From positions 992,001-1,056,000 of the forward strand of contig OY969474.1 in NCBI GenBank assembly GCA_963700145.1: a stretch of DNA of 64,000 nt, in the 5' to 3' direction. Source of the stretch: an uncultured Acidobacteriota bacterium (GTDB lineage: Bacteria; Acidobacteriota; Thermoanaerobaculia; Multivoradales; UBA5704). Made by a program: the position numbers and the translations under genes. Below are positions 9,876-19,007 of this stretch, piece after piece; position 1 is the stretch's first letter; every line of letters starts with the position of its first letter. The notes under the pieces are model-generated. The model was not told where the DNA came from. It saw only the letters and a list, made by a program, of their open reading frames with translations, and did not search any database.

Positions 9876-11339
9876 ATGGCCGCTGCCGCTCGGTCGCTCT
9901 GCGCTCTGCTTGGCGCCGCGCTCCTCGCGCCGCCCGCCCTGCTCGCCGCTCCTCCACCGGCGCCCGCGGCGGCCGATCGCCAAGTCGAGCCCCCGTCGGT
10001 CGCCGACGCCGTACGCCCCTACGTCAAGACGCTCACCCGCCCGGTCTACGTCTGGCACTACGCGATGCGCGGCCGCCTCGGCGTGACGCCGGCCGGGTAC
10101 ATCCCTCCCGACGCGGCGGAGCTCGAGTCCTACCTGGATGGCCGCTTCGGGCGCTACTGGGACCTCTCGCTGACGCCGCATGAGGACGCGACCGTGAGTG
10201 GTCTATACGTCGCCGCCGATCCGGTCGCGAGCCGCGCCTGGGGAGGGGTGGGGAACGGCTGGGCCATGGTGCAGCTCGTGCTGCCACGCGGCTTCCGCTT
10301 CGTCGACGTGCGCCCACCGCGTGTGGGAGGACAGCCTGCCGGCTTCGCGCCGGACGTCGTGGCGCGCCTTACGGCGGCCGGCTGCGACGCGGCGAGCCCG
10401 GCTGAGCTGCTGACGATGCTCGAGTCGTTCGCCTGCCGCCACGCCGCGGTGCGCACCATGGTGGACCTCGACGTCGACGGCATCCTCTACGACTGGCTGA
10501 GCCGCCAACTCGCAGGCTGCCCCGACCGGCCGCAGGGGGCCTTCCTCCTGGTGCGCGCAGAGGCGGTCGACGTGCTCCAGGCGCGGCTGTTCGTGCACGA
10601 GACGGCGCCGCCGGCAGGCCCCGACGAGGCCGCGGCAGACCGCCGGCGGGTCCAGGCGCTGTTCGTGGTAGCGCAGCAGGCGGGCGCTACACGCCCGTCG
10701 ATCTGGCCAGACCTGCCGGCCGAGACGGCGCCGGAGGAGCTCCGGAGCTGGATGGCGGAGCACCTCTTCGGCTGCGGCGGCCATGCCGAGGACGCGCTCC
10801 CCGAGGCCGCCGCCGACGCCGTGGCGCAGGGCCGCGCGGCGGTGGCGCGCGCCCCCGCCGACGCGGACGCGCACCATCAGCTCGGCGCCGCGCTGGCGGC
10901 GCGGGGGATCGACGGCGAGGCGGCGGCGGCGCTCGAGCAGGCGCTGCGGCTCGACCCCGCGCACGTCGAGACCCTCGCCGAGCTCGCCTGGCTGCGCGCC
11001 ACGAGCGCCGATCCGGCGGTGCGCGACGGGGGGCAGGCGGTGGCGGTGGCCGAGCGGCTGGTCAAGCTCTCGCAGTACCGTCAGCGCTTCTCCTGGGCCA
11101 AGGTCACCAAGATCCGCCACTCGATGATCCTCTCCGCCGCCTACGCTACGGCCGGCAACTTCGGCCGCGCCGTCGACTACGCCCATCACGCCCGCGAGCT
11201 CGCGGGCCTGCAGCACCGCGGCTCCGCGACACCGCTCACCGCGCGTCTGCTGGCCGAGACGGAGCGGCGTCTAGCGCTCTACGTTGCGGGCCGCCCCTAC
11301 AGCCCGCCGGCGCCGTCCGTGGTCGCCGCCACCCGCTAG
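9876..11339 (+). CDS. Secreted protein with an ADP-ribosyltransferase-like N-domain and a C-terminal TPR module (paralog B1)
   Basis: Signal peptide; VYVWHY..SGLYVAADPVASRAW..AMVQLVLP; TPR-like AHHQLGAAL..ALRLDP. Confidence 0.7.
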   Translation: MAAAARSLCALLGAALLAPPALLAAPPPAPAAADRQVEPPSVADAVRPYVKTLTRPVYVWHYAMRGRLGVTPAGYIPPDAAELESYLDGRFGRYWDLSLTPHEDATVSGLYVAADPVASRAWGGVGNGWAMVQLVLPRGFRFVDVRPPRVGGQPAGFAPDVVARLTAAGCDAASPAELLTMLESFACRHAAVRTMVDLDVDGILYDWLSRQLAGCPDRPQGAFLLVRAEAVDVLQARLFVHETAPPAGPDEAAADRRRVQALFVVAQQAGATRPSIWPDLPAETAPEELRSWMAEHLFGCGGHAEDALPEAAADAVAQGRAAVARAPADADAHHQLGAALAARGIDGEAAAALEQALRLDPAHVETLAELAWLRATSADPAVRDGGQAVAVAERLVKLSQYRQRFSWAKVTKIRHSMILSAAYATAGNFGRAVDYAHHARELAGLQHRGSATPLTARLLAETERRLALYVAGRPYSPPAPSVVAATR

Positions 11340-11350
11340 TGGCTGCGACG

Positions 11351-12334
11351 ATGGCGGCGAGGCGCCGCGCCGCGGCCCTGCTCCTCCTGCTGCCCCTGCC
11401 GGGCCTCCTCGCCGCGGCCGCGCCGGACGCGGCCGGCCAAGCGCCCATCTCCGCCGCCGACGCCCTGCGGCCGCTGGTGCGCGTGCTGAGCCGTCCCGTC
11501 TACGTCTGGCACTACGTATCGCGGGCGCGCGCGGGCGTGCCGGCCGGCTACGTGCCGCCCGACTGGCCGGGCATCGACCCTTTCCTGCGCGCGAAGCTCT
11601 CCCGCTTCTGGGATCCGTCGCTGCCGGTCGCGCCGTCCGCCACGGTGAGCGGTCTGTACGCCGGGATCGACCCGGTCGCCGGGCGCCACTTCGCCGGCGT
11701 CGGGGAGGGCTGGGCGGTGGTACAGATCGAGCTGCCCGCCGGCCTCCGCTTCCTCGACGTGCGGCCGCCCGTGGGAGCCCCGGCGCCGCTGCCTCCCGCG
11801 ACGCGGGCGCGGCTCGCCGCGGCCGGGTGCGCGGCCGAGCTGCCGGAGAGCCTGGTGGTGGCGATGGACTCGGCGCCCTGCCGCGAGATCGCGGTCGCGA
11901 GCCTCGGCGAGCTCGGCGCCGGGGCGATCCTGGCCGACTTCCCGCGCTTCGCCTTCCGCGAGTGCGCGGCGCGGCCGACCGGCGTGTTCGTGCTGCTCGA
12001 CCCGGCGCTCCTCACTCCCGGGCGGGTACGCCTGCTGACCCGCGAGTCGGCCGCCGACGCCGTCCAGGCCGACCGGCTGCGCATCCGCGCGCTCTTCGCC
12101 CGCGCCCGCGCGGCCGGCTCGCTGCGGCCGCTCCCGTGGCCGGAGCTGGCGGACCAAGCGCCGCCTCCCGACCTCGACGCCTGGATGCGCGAGCACCTGC
12201 TCGGCTGCGGCGGCTTCGCCGAAGACCGGCCGGGGGAGGCCTCTGCCTTACATTCGCAAGGCCGGAGAAGGTCCGCCGCCGAAGTCGCGGCTACGCTGAC
12301 TCCGGTGCGCCTTTCCGGCGAGCCATTGATCTGA
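11351..12334 (+). CDS. Secreted protein with an ADP-ribosyltransferase-like domain (paralog B2, no TPR)
   Basis: Signal peptide; VYVWHY..SGLYAGIDPVAGRHF..AVVQIELP; colinear with B1 including the Cys positions. Confidence 0.7.
   Translation: MAARRRAAALLLLLPLPGLLAAAAPDAAGQAPISAADALRPLVRVLSRPVYVWHYVSRARAGVPAGYVPPDWPGIDPFLRAKLSRFWDPSLPVAPSATVSGLYAGIDPVAGRHFAGVGEGWAVVQIELPAGLRFLDVRPPVGAPAPLPPATRARLAAAGCAAELPESLVVAMDSAPCREIAVASLGELGAGAILADFPRFAFRECAARPTGVFVLLDPALLTPGRVRLLTRESAADAVQADRLRIRALFARARAAGSLRPLPWPELADQAPPPDLDAWMREHLLGCGGFAEDRPGEASALHSQGRRRSAAEVAATLTPVRLSGEPLI
12255..12297 (+). promoter_or_regulatory. Cluster box CGCAAGGCCGGAGAAG, 21 nt, then -10-like TACGCT
   Basis: Motif copy inside the 3' end of the preceding ORF, upstream of 12348. 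Confidence 0.7.
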
Positions 12335-12347
12335 AAAGGAGGCGATC

Positions 12348-13925
12348 GTGAACCCGATCAGTGGATTCACCCGCGGCACGGTGGCACTCGCCGGAGCCTT
12401 GCTGCTGCTGGCGGCGACCGGTTGCGCGACCAACGGCGAGCACCCGAACGGCGAGCCCCCGGACGCCGCGGCGAGCGGCGCGCGCGCCACGGGCGCCGGC
12501 GGCTGGAGCGCCGACTTCTCGCAGCCGGCCACGGTCAGCGCCCTCGGCAACTATCGCACCAGCGACGGCCAGACGTTCGAGCTCGAGACCCTGAGCGCGC
12601 TGCTTATCGAGCCCAGCCGCACCGCGACCTACAGCTTCCGCGCCGCGGACGCCGGCCGGCGGCGGGCGCGCGGCGTGCCAGCCAACGAGCTGGTGGTCGA
12701 GGACCCGAACCCGGCCGTGCGCCCCGCCCCGCCCGGGAGCGCGCGCTGGTACGAGCGGGCCGAGGGGGCGATCTCGGCGATCGGCTGGGTGAACCAGTTC
12801 TTCACCGACGTGCGCGTGACCGGCATCGTCAACACCGCCGGCGGCAAGGACGGCGCCAAGGCGGAGAGCCGGCAGGGGCTGCTCGGGCGCTGGGACCTCG
12901 GCACCAACTACTACTGGTTCAACGTCGACTTCGCGAAGGGCGTCTACGAGATCGACCGCGCCTCCTTCTTCGCGCTGCAGTCGCCGATGGAGGGCTCGGT
13001 CGGGCCGGTCAAGGGCTTCGACGCCACCAAGCCCTACTGGCTCGAGTTCGAGCTCGTGGGCACCAAGCTGCGCGGGCGTGTCTACGAGGTGCGCAACGGC
13101 CAGCGCGGGGGGCTCGTCGGCGACACCGGCGACGTCACCGAGAAGGACGTGATCCCGCAAGGGGTGTCCGGGATCCTGACCGAGCCCACCGACGCCGCCC
13201 CCTTCACGCCGCTGCGGGGAAGCTTCGCCAGGGTGTCGTCGACGGCGCTACGCGGGCAGCCCACGAAGCCTGCGGCCGAGGCCGCCGCCGGGGCCGCCGC
13301 CCCGCCGCAGCCCGGGCCGCGCGTGGCCGAGGCCCGCGCGCAGGCCAACCGCAAGCAGTACAAGGAAGCGGTCGCGACCTACCAGGCGGCGCTCGCCGCC
13401 AACCGCCAGGACGTGGTCGCCATGCGCGAGCTCGCCTGGGTGCGCGCCACGGCGACCGACGCCGAGGTGCGCAACCCCCAGGAGGCGCTGACGCTGGCGA
13501 ACCAGTCGCTGGACGTGCTGATCGAGAACGTCAAGGCAGGCCGGCGCGCCGGCCAGGTCGTGGTCGGCAAGGAGGCGATCCCGTTCCTGACCCAGCTCCT
13601 CCGCTCCGGCCAGAGCATCGCCGCGGCCTTGGGCGCGCAGGGCAAGTTCGTCGGCGCGCCGCAGCCCCAGGTGGAGAGGATGATCCAGGAGCTGGGCGCG
13701 GAGAGGCTGGCCGAGCGCGACCTGACGCTGGAGATGGCGAGGGTCTCGGCCGGCGACAGCGGCGAGCTGAGCATGCAGCAGACGGCCGACTGGACGGTCG
13801 CCTTCGCGCGGCAGATCAACCAGCTGGCGCCGACCCAGGAGTCGGCGCACCTGCTCCAGACGAGCGAGCAGATCAAGTCGGCGGCGCTCGCCAACCGCAC
13901 GCTGGACGGCATGCCGATCCCGTAG
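12348..13925 (+). CDS. Lipoprotein with a beta-rich domain and C-terminal TPR-like module
   Basis: AGGAGG SD and GTG start; lipobox-like LAATGC; ELAWVRAT..EVRNPQEAL resembles the B1 C-terminus. Confidence 0.78.
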   Translation: MNPISGFTRGTVALAGALLLLAATGCATNGEHPNGEPPDAAASGARATGAGGWSADFSQPATVSALGNYRTSDGQTFELETLSALLIEPSRTATYSFRAADAGRRRARGVPANELVVEDPNPAVRPAPPGSARWYERAEGAISAIGWVNQFFTDVRVTGIVNTAGGKDGAKAESRQGLLGRWDLGTNYYWFNVDFAKGVYEIDRASFFALQSPMEGSVGPVKGFDATKPYWLEFELVGTKLRGRVYEVRNGQRGGLVGDTGDVTEKDVIPQGVSGILTEPTDAAPFTPLRGSFARVSSTALRGQPTKPAAEAAAGAAAPPQPGPRVAEARAQANRKQYKEAVATYQAALAANRQDVVAMRELAWVRATATDAEVRNPQEALTLANQSLDVLIENVKAGRRAGQVVVGKEAIPFLTQLLRSGQSIAAALGAQGKFVGAPQPQVERMIQELGAERLAERDLTLEMARVSAGDSGELSMQQTADWTVAFARQINQLAPTQESAHLLQTSEQIKSAALANRTLDGMPIP

Positions 13926-13951
13926 CGGCGGCGGCTCGGGAGAGCCGAACG

Positions 13952-13981
13952 GGCCGGCGGCCTCTCGGGTCGCCGGCCTTC
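13952..13981. terminator. Hairpin between convergent genes (probable intrinsic terminator)
   Basis: GGCCGGCGGCC-loop-GGTCGCCGGCC stem followed by TTCT. Confidence 0.5.
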
Positions 13982-14853
13982 TACTTCCCGGAGCCGGCGG
14001 CGCCGGCGCGGGCGGCGACCTGGGAGTAGACGAGGGCGCGCTCGACGAAGGCGTCGCGGTAGAAGCGCACGTTGTGCAGCCAGCTCGCGTACCGCGCCTC
14101 CCCCTTCGCCGCCACCAGGGCGGCGCGATGGCGCTCGGACGCCCGCACGACGGCGGTGAAGCAGGCGGCCGCCAGGGGAGTGAGGTCCGTCGCCTCGGCG
14201 TCCGTGAAGCCGGCCGCCGCGAGCATCGCCACGTGGCCGGCGGGTGAGGGGAGGTCGAGGATGCCGTCCTCCTGCCAGACGAGCTCGCGCACGCGCTCGC
14301 TGATGCGCTCGCCGGCGAGCACGTCGGCCACCACCAGCGTCCCGCCGGGCGCGAGCGCCGCCCCGAGCGTGCCCAGCGCGCCGCGGCGGTCCTCGAGCAG
14401 CATCAGCGAGTCGATGGCCACGGCCGCGTCGTAGCGGCGGTCGGGCGTCCAGGCGAGGACGTCGGCGCGGAGAAAGCGGACGCGCGCGGCGGTGAGGGGG
14501 TCGAGCGCCCGCAGTCGCCGGCGCGCCTGCTCGACCTGCCGCCGGTTCCACTCGACGCCGGTGACCCGGCAGCCGGTCGTCGCGGCGAGGTAACGGCAGG
14601 TGTCGCCCAGGCCCGAGCAGACCTCGAGCACCTGGCTTCCCGGACCGAGCGCGGCGCGGCGGACGAGGGCGTCGAGGACGTGGCGGCCGCCGATCGAGGC
14701 GAACCACCAGCCGTCGTGGCAGGCGTCGTAGACGGTGAGGCGCCAGTACGGGTCGGCGGCGTCGTCGTACTCGAGCCGGTTGCGCTCGCGGATCGCGGCC
14801 TTGCTCGGCCGGCCCGCCGCGGCCGCTGGCGACGCCGTCGCCACATTTGTCAC
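13981..14853 (-). CDS. Class I SAM-dependent methyltransferase
   Basis: VLEVCSGLG motif I, VTGVE, LAPGGTLV; start overlaps the S9 peptidase stop. Confidence 0.88.
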   Translation of the reverse strand: MTNVATASPAAAAGRPSKAAIRERNRLEYDDAADPYWRLTVYDACHDGWWFASIGGRHVLDALVRRAALGPGSQVLEVCSGLGDTCRYLAATTGCRVTGVEWNRRQVEQARRRLRALDPLTAARVRFLRADVLAWTPDRRYDAAVAIDSLMLLEDRRGALGTLGAALAPGGTLVVADVLAGERISERVRELVWQEDGILDLPSPAGHVAMLAAAGFTDAEATDLTPLAAACFTAVVRASERHRAALVAAKGEARYASWLHNVRFYRDAFVERALVYSQVAARAGAAGSGK

Positions 14854-16814
14854 TGCGGTAGCCCCTCGACCGTCGTGTCGCCCCAGACGTAGCGGTCGAG
14901 GAAGCGGTCCGTGGCCTCGTACGCCGCCAGGCGGTTGGCGTTCTTCGAGAACCCGTGCCCCTCGCCGGGGATGACCAGGTAGTGGACCGGCACCTGCCGC
15001 CCGCGCAGCGCCGCGACCAGCCGGTCGGACTGGTCGCGCGGGACGCGCGCGTCGTTTTCCCCCTGCACCACGAGCAGCGGCCGCGCGATGCGGTCGACGT
15101 GGTAGATCGGCGAGCGCTCGCGCTGGTAGCGGGCGTGATCGGGGTTCTTCGGGTCGCCGTACTTCCTGTAGGTGAACGGCGAGTAGGCCGCCCAGTAGGC
15201 GGGATAGGAGTCGAGGAGGGCCTTGAAGTCGGTGATGCCGAAGTGGTCGACGTGGGCGGTGAACTCGGTCGGGTGAAAGGCGGCGGCGGCGACCGCCATG
15301 TAGCCGCCGTAGGAGGCGCCCATGATCGCCACCCGCGCCTCGTCGACGCGCGCCTCGTCGACGAGCCAGCGCTTGCAGGCCAGAACGTCGCGCAGCGGCC
15401 CGCCGCCGAGGTCGAGGTCGTCGAGCGCCGTCCAGGTCTTGCCGTAGCCGGTCGAGCCGCGCACGTTCGGGACCAGCACCACGTACCCCTTCGACACCAG
15501 GTACTGCCGCAGCCCGACGAAGGCGCGCTTGGCCTGGGCGTTGGGGCCGCCGTGGACGTCGATGACCGCCGGGAACGGCCCGCGGCCGGGCGGCTCGTAG
15601 ACCAGCGCCGGCACCTCGCGGCCGTCGAAGGAGCGGATGCGCACGGCGCGGCCGGGCGTCATCCGGCGGCCGCGCAGCGCCTCGGGGAGCACGTCGGCCA
15701 GGCGGGTCGCGGTCTGCCGCGCGAGGTCGACGACGTAAAGGGTCTCGGGCGCCGTGTCGGTGACCAGGGTGGCCGCGAGGTAGCGGTCGCTCGGCGAGAA
15801 GGCGACCGGCACGAAGGCGCCGGGGTCGCCGGTCGGCGGCAGCGCGACGGCGGCGCCGCGCGCGAGGTCGCGCACCGCGACTGCGGGCGTGCCGTCGGCG
15901 TTGACGACGGTGACCAGGTAGCTGCCGCCGGCCGAGACCTCGCCCTTCTCCACGTCCCAGGGCGCGGCGAGGACCGGCTTCGCGGTGCGCGTCGCGAGGT
16001 CCATCGCGTAGAGGGCGGTGAACTCCCCGGCCTCGGTCGAGGTGTAGTAGAGGGTCCTGCCGTCGGCCGAGAAGCTCTGGGCGGTATAGGCGACGGCGCC
16101 CTGGTGCGGCGTCAGCAGCACCGGCTCCGCGGCGCCGCGCTCGAGCAGGTAGAGGTTGAAGTCGGCGTCCGAGAGCACCTCGAGGAGCACGAAGCGGCGG
16201 AGGTCAGGGCTGGCGAGCGCGAACGAGAGGTGCTTGGGCGAGCGCCAGACGGGCTCGGAGGTCTTGCTCGCGAGGCGGTGCTCGCGCAGCTCGGTCGTCT
16301 CGCCGCCCGGCAGCACGACGACGTAGAGGAACGAGCGGCCGTCCCCGGCCCAGCGGATGAAGCCGATGCGCGAGCCGGCCGGCAGCTCGGGGAAGAGGTC
16401 CACCAGCGGCCGGCCGCGGCTGTCGGTGGCGTAGATCCGCGGCGCGTCGTTGCCCCCCTCGTCCACCTCGACCAGCAGCAGGTCCTCGACCGGCGAGAAG
16501 GCAAAGGAGTGGATGACGCCCGCGACCCGCGTCACCTGCCGCGCCTCGCCGCCGCCCACCGGCTGCACCCAGACGTCGAGCCGCCCGCCGGCGTCGCTGC
16601 GGTAGGCGACGAGCTTCTCGTCGTGCGAGAACGAGGCGCCGCGCACGCGGCGGATGTTCAGGTACTCGGCGAGCGGCACCGGCGGCTGCGGGGCGCGCGC
16701 GGCGGGTGGAGCGGCGGTGGCCGCCGGCGGCACGACCGAAGACGGCGCGGCGGCCGCCAGCGCGAGGGAGGCGGCGAGAGCGAGGAGGAGGGCAGACGGA
16801 GGTTTCGCGGCCAT
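14850..16814 (-). CDS. Exported S9 (prolyl oligopeptidase/acylaminoacyl peptidase) family peptidase
   Basis: Signal peptide after ATG 16814; propeller plus HGGP, GASYGG (Ser), GENDARV (Asp), EGHGF (His). Confidence 0.92.
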   Translation of the reverse strand: MAAKPPSALLLALAASLALAAAAPSSVVPPAATAAPPAARAPQPPVPLAEYLNIRRVRGASFSHDEKLVAYRSDAGGRLDVWVQPVGGGEARQVTRVAGVIHSFAFSPVEDLLLVEVDEGGNDAPRIYATDSRGRPLVDLFPELPAGSRIGFIRWAGDGRSFLYVVVLPGGETTELREHRLASKTSEPVWRSPKHLSFALASPDLRRFVLLEVLSDADFNLYLLERGAAEPVLLTPHQGAVAYTAQSFSADGRTLYYTSTEAGEFTALYAMDLATRTAKPVLAAPWDVEKGEVSAGGSYLVTVVNADGTPAVAVRDLARGAAVALPPTGDPGAFVPVAFSPSDRYLAATLVTDTAPETLYVVDLARQTATRLADVLPEALRGRRMTPGRAVRIRSFDGREVPALVYEPPGRGPFPAVIDVHGGPNAQAKRAFVGLRQYLVSKGYVVLVPNVRGSTGYGKTWTALDDLDLGGGPLRDVLACKRWLVDEARVDEARVAIMGASYGGYMAVAAAAFHPTEFTAHVDHFGITDFKALLDSYPAYWAAYSPFTYRKYGDPKNPDHARYQRERSPIYHVDRIARPLLVVQGENDARVPRDQSDRLVAALRGRQVPVHYLVIPGEGHGFSKNANRLAAYEATDRFLDRYVWGDTTVEGLPQ

Positions 16815-16823
16815 GTCGGCCGA

Positions 16824-16865
16824 TCTGTAGCATGGCCGCGCCACCCCGCCTTCTCCCAGCTTGCG
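16824..16865 (-). promoter_or_regulatory. Cluster box CGCAAGCTGGGAGAAG, 20 nt, then -10-like TACAGA
   Basis: Minus-strand copy upstream of the S9 peptidase, back-to-back with the plus-strand copy. Confidence 0.7.
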
Positions 16866-16884
16866 CCCGGCCGCGCGCTCGCCG

Positions 16885-16927
16885 CGCAATCTCGGAGAAG
16901 AGCGGCGCCGCCCGCCCCGTCTAGCCT
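16885..16927 (+). promoter_or_regulatory. Cluster box CGCAATCTCGGAGAAG, 21 nt, then -10-like TAGCCT
   Basis: Plus-strand copy upstream of the 2OG-Fe(II) oxygenase. Confidence 0.75.
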
Positions 16928-16959
16928 GCCCTGCGGACGCACCAGCAAGGGGGCCTGCC

Positions 16960-17655
16960 ATGATCGCCGCCGAGATCGACGTCGCCGGGCTCTTGACCGA
17001 GCTCCAGATCGGCTGGAGCGCGTCCGGCACGGCCGCGCTCGAGGCCGAGCTCGGGCCGTGGACGGACGCCATGTTCCGGCACCTGGGCGGGCATCGCATC
17101 GCCTCGCACATCCGCGGCGCGGGCGCCCTCGCCGCGCCGATCACCGACGTCACCGACCCGCACGAGCTCTACGCGACGGCGGTCGGCGACGTCAGCCAGG
17201 AGCGCTACGAGGTCGAGGAGCACGACGACTACTGGGTGACCACGCACCTGTCGACGGTGCCGGTCGTCATCCTGCTGCTCAAGCGGCGACAGGGGCCGCT
17301 GCCGGTGCTCGGCGACCTCTGCGCCCGCTGCGTCGGCGCTCTCGGCAGGCCGATGGGGCAAGCGCGCTACCTGCAGTGGAACCAGCCGGGATACGGCTGG
17401 CCGCTCCACACCGACGACGACTTCGACGGCGTGTTCACGCGCGTCCACGTGCCGATCGTCACCACGCCGCAGAACCGCTTCGCGTGGGCGGCGTCGCTCG
17501 ACGCCCCGCGCGCCGAGTGGCTGCTCGAGACCCACCTCGAGCGGGGCAAGGTCTACAGCACGCGGGTGGACGTGCCGCACACCGCGTTCAACGAGCACCC
17601 GACCGACGGGCGGCTGCACCTCATCCTCGACGTGGCCGGCGAGGGCGCGAGCTAG
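16960..17655 (+). CDS. Asp/Asn beta-hydroxylase-like 2OG-Fe(II) oxygenase
   Basis: HTD (HxD)..RVHVPIVT..PHTAFN..RLHLILD pattern. Confidence 0.78.
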   Translation: MIAAEIDVAGLLTELQIGWSASGTAALEAELGPWTDAMFRHLGGHRIASHIRGAGALAAPITDVTDPHELYATAVGDVSQERYEVEEHDDYWVTTHLSTVPVVILLLKRRQGPLPVLGDLCARCVGALGRPMGQARYLQWNQPGYGWPLHTDDDFDGVFTRVHVPIVTTPQNRFAWAASLDAPRAEWLLETHLERGKVYSTRVDVPHTAFNEHPTDGRLHLILDVAGEGAS

Positions 17656-17705
17656 AGGCGCAGGGCGGTGTCGAGCGCGCAACACGCCCGGCGCGCGAGA
17701 GGCTC

Positions 17706-19001
17706 ATGATCGAGCCGTTGCCGGTCGTGGACGGGCCGCTGGGCCGCCGGCACGGAGATCTCCTCCCGGCGGCGGACGCGGCGGGCGGCGATGCCGCCCC
17801 GCGCTGGGACGTCTTCGCCCAGCCGTCGTTCCGCCGCCTGTGGGCGGCCGGGCTCGTGGCGACGGCCGGCGTGCAGGTCGGCCGCATCGGCCTGCTCCTC
17901 CACCTGCTGCAGCAGGGCTCGTCGGTCCTCGGGCTGGCGCTCCTGGTGGCGACGAAGACCCTGCCGGGCGCGCTCGCGGCCCCGGCGGCCGGGTTGCTGG
18001 TGGACCGGCTGAGCAAGCGGCGGGTGATGATCGCCGCCGACCTCGTGCGCGCGGCCTGCCTCGGGGCGGTGGTCCTGGCGCCGCGCCTCGAGGTCATCTA
18101 CCTCGCGGCGGCGGTCGAGTCGCTGGCGACCGCTCTGTTCGACCCGGCGCGCGCGGCGGCGCTGCCGCTCGTCGTGCGGCGCCGCGACGTGCCGCGCGCC
18201 AACGGCTTCGACCAGAGCGCGGCGACCGTGGCGATGGTGGCCGGGCCGCTCGCCGGCGCGGCGCTCTTCGCGCTCGGCGGCCTGGCGGCGGCGGCCGGCG
18301 TGAACGCGTGCGCCTTCGCGGCGAGCGCACTGCTGCTGGCGCGGGTGCGCGTGCGGCGCGCCGCCGCCGTGCCGGCGCTCGCGCTGCGGCAGCTCGGCAT
18401 GAGCGACCTGCGGGCGGGCTGGTCCTACCTGGCGCGGCACCGGGCGGTGCTGCAGCTCACCGTGCTCTTCTTCGTCAGCATGCTCTGCGGCGGCGTCTGG
18501 GTGCCGCTCGCGCCGAGCTTCATGCGCGAGGTGCTCGGCAGCCCCGACCGGCTGCTCGGGCTGCACCTCGGCGCCTTCGGGGTGGGGGGCATGGTGGGAT
18601 CGCTGCTGGCGCCGCGGCTCGGCGGGCTCGTCGACCGCGGCCTCGTGCTCTTCCTGGCGCTGCTCATCGAGGGCGGGCAGATCGCCGCCTATGCGCTGGT
18701 GCCCGACGCCGCGGCCTCGGCCGTCGTGCTGCTGCTCTGGGGCGGCACGGTGGCGGTCATCCGCGTCTCCTCCTACTCGATCCTCCAGCTCGAAGTCGCC
18801 GAGCCGTTCCTCGGCCGCGTCTTCGCGGTCGTCAAGCAGGCCGAGAACGCGGCGATCCTGCTGGCGACGACGCTCGCCGTCCTGCTCTCGCAGCGCCTCA
18901 CGAGCCAGGACATCCTGCTCGCCGCCGGCGTCACCTACTGCGGCATCGTCGTCGCGTCGAGCCTGACGGCCGGCGGGCGCACCCTGCTCGCAGCGCGGTG
19001 A
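17706..19001 (+). CDS. MFS transporter (DHA3/MefA-like), paralog 1
   Basis: FRRLWAAGL, GLLVDRLSKRRVMIAADLVRA, about 12 hydrophobic segments. Confidence 0.9.
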   Translation: MIEPLPVVDGPLGRRHGDLLPAADAAGGDAAPRWDVFAQPSFRRLWAAGLVATAGVQVGRIGLLLHLLQQGSSVLGLALLVATKTLPGALAAPAAGLLVDRLSKRRVMIAADLVRAACLGAVVLAPRLEVIYLAAAVESLATALFDPARAAALPLVVRRRDVPRANGFDQSAATVAMVAGPLAGAALFALGGLAAAAGVNACAFAASALLLARVRVRRAAAVPALALRQLGMSDLRAGWSYLARHRAVLQLTVLFFVSMLCGGVWVPLAPSFMREVLGSPDRLLGLHLGAFGVGGMVGSLLAPRLGGLVDRGLVLFLALLIEGGQIAAYALVPDAAASAVVLLLWGGTVAVIRVSSYSILQLEVAEPFLGRVFAVVKQAENAAILLATTLAVLLSQRLTSQDILLAAGVTYCGIVVASSLTAGGRTLLAAR

Positions 19002-19007
19002 AGACGG

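Noticed and set aside
13981-17655. RiPP interpretation of peptidase + methyltransferase + hydroxylase
   Set aside because: No credible precursor peptide ORF nearby; the shared promoter box links these genes to the rest of the cluster instead.
14955-17705. 1348-aa ORF appearing to extend the MFS transporter
   Set aside because: The upstream part is antisense to the S9 peptidase and out of frame with the oxygenase; the MFS most plausibly starts at 17706.
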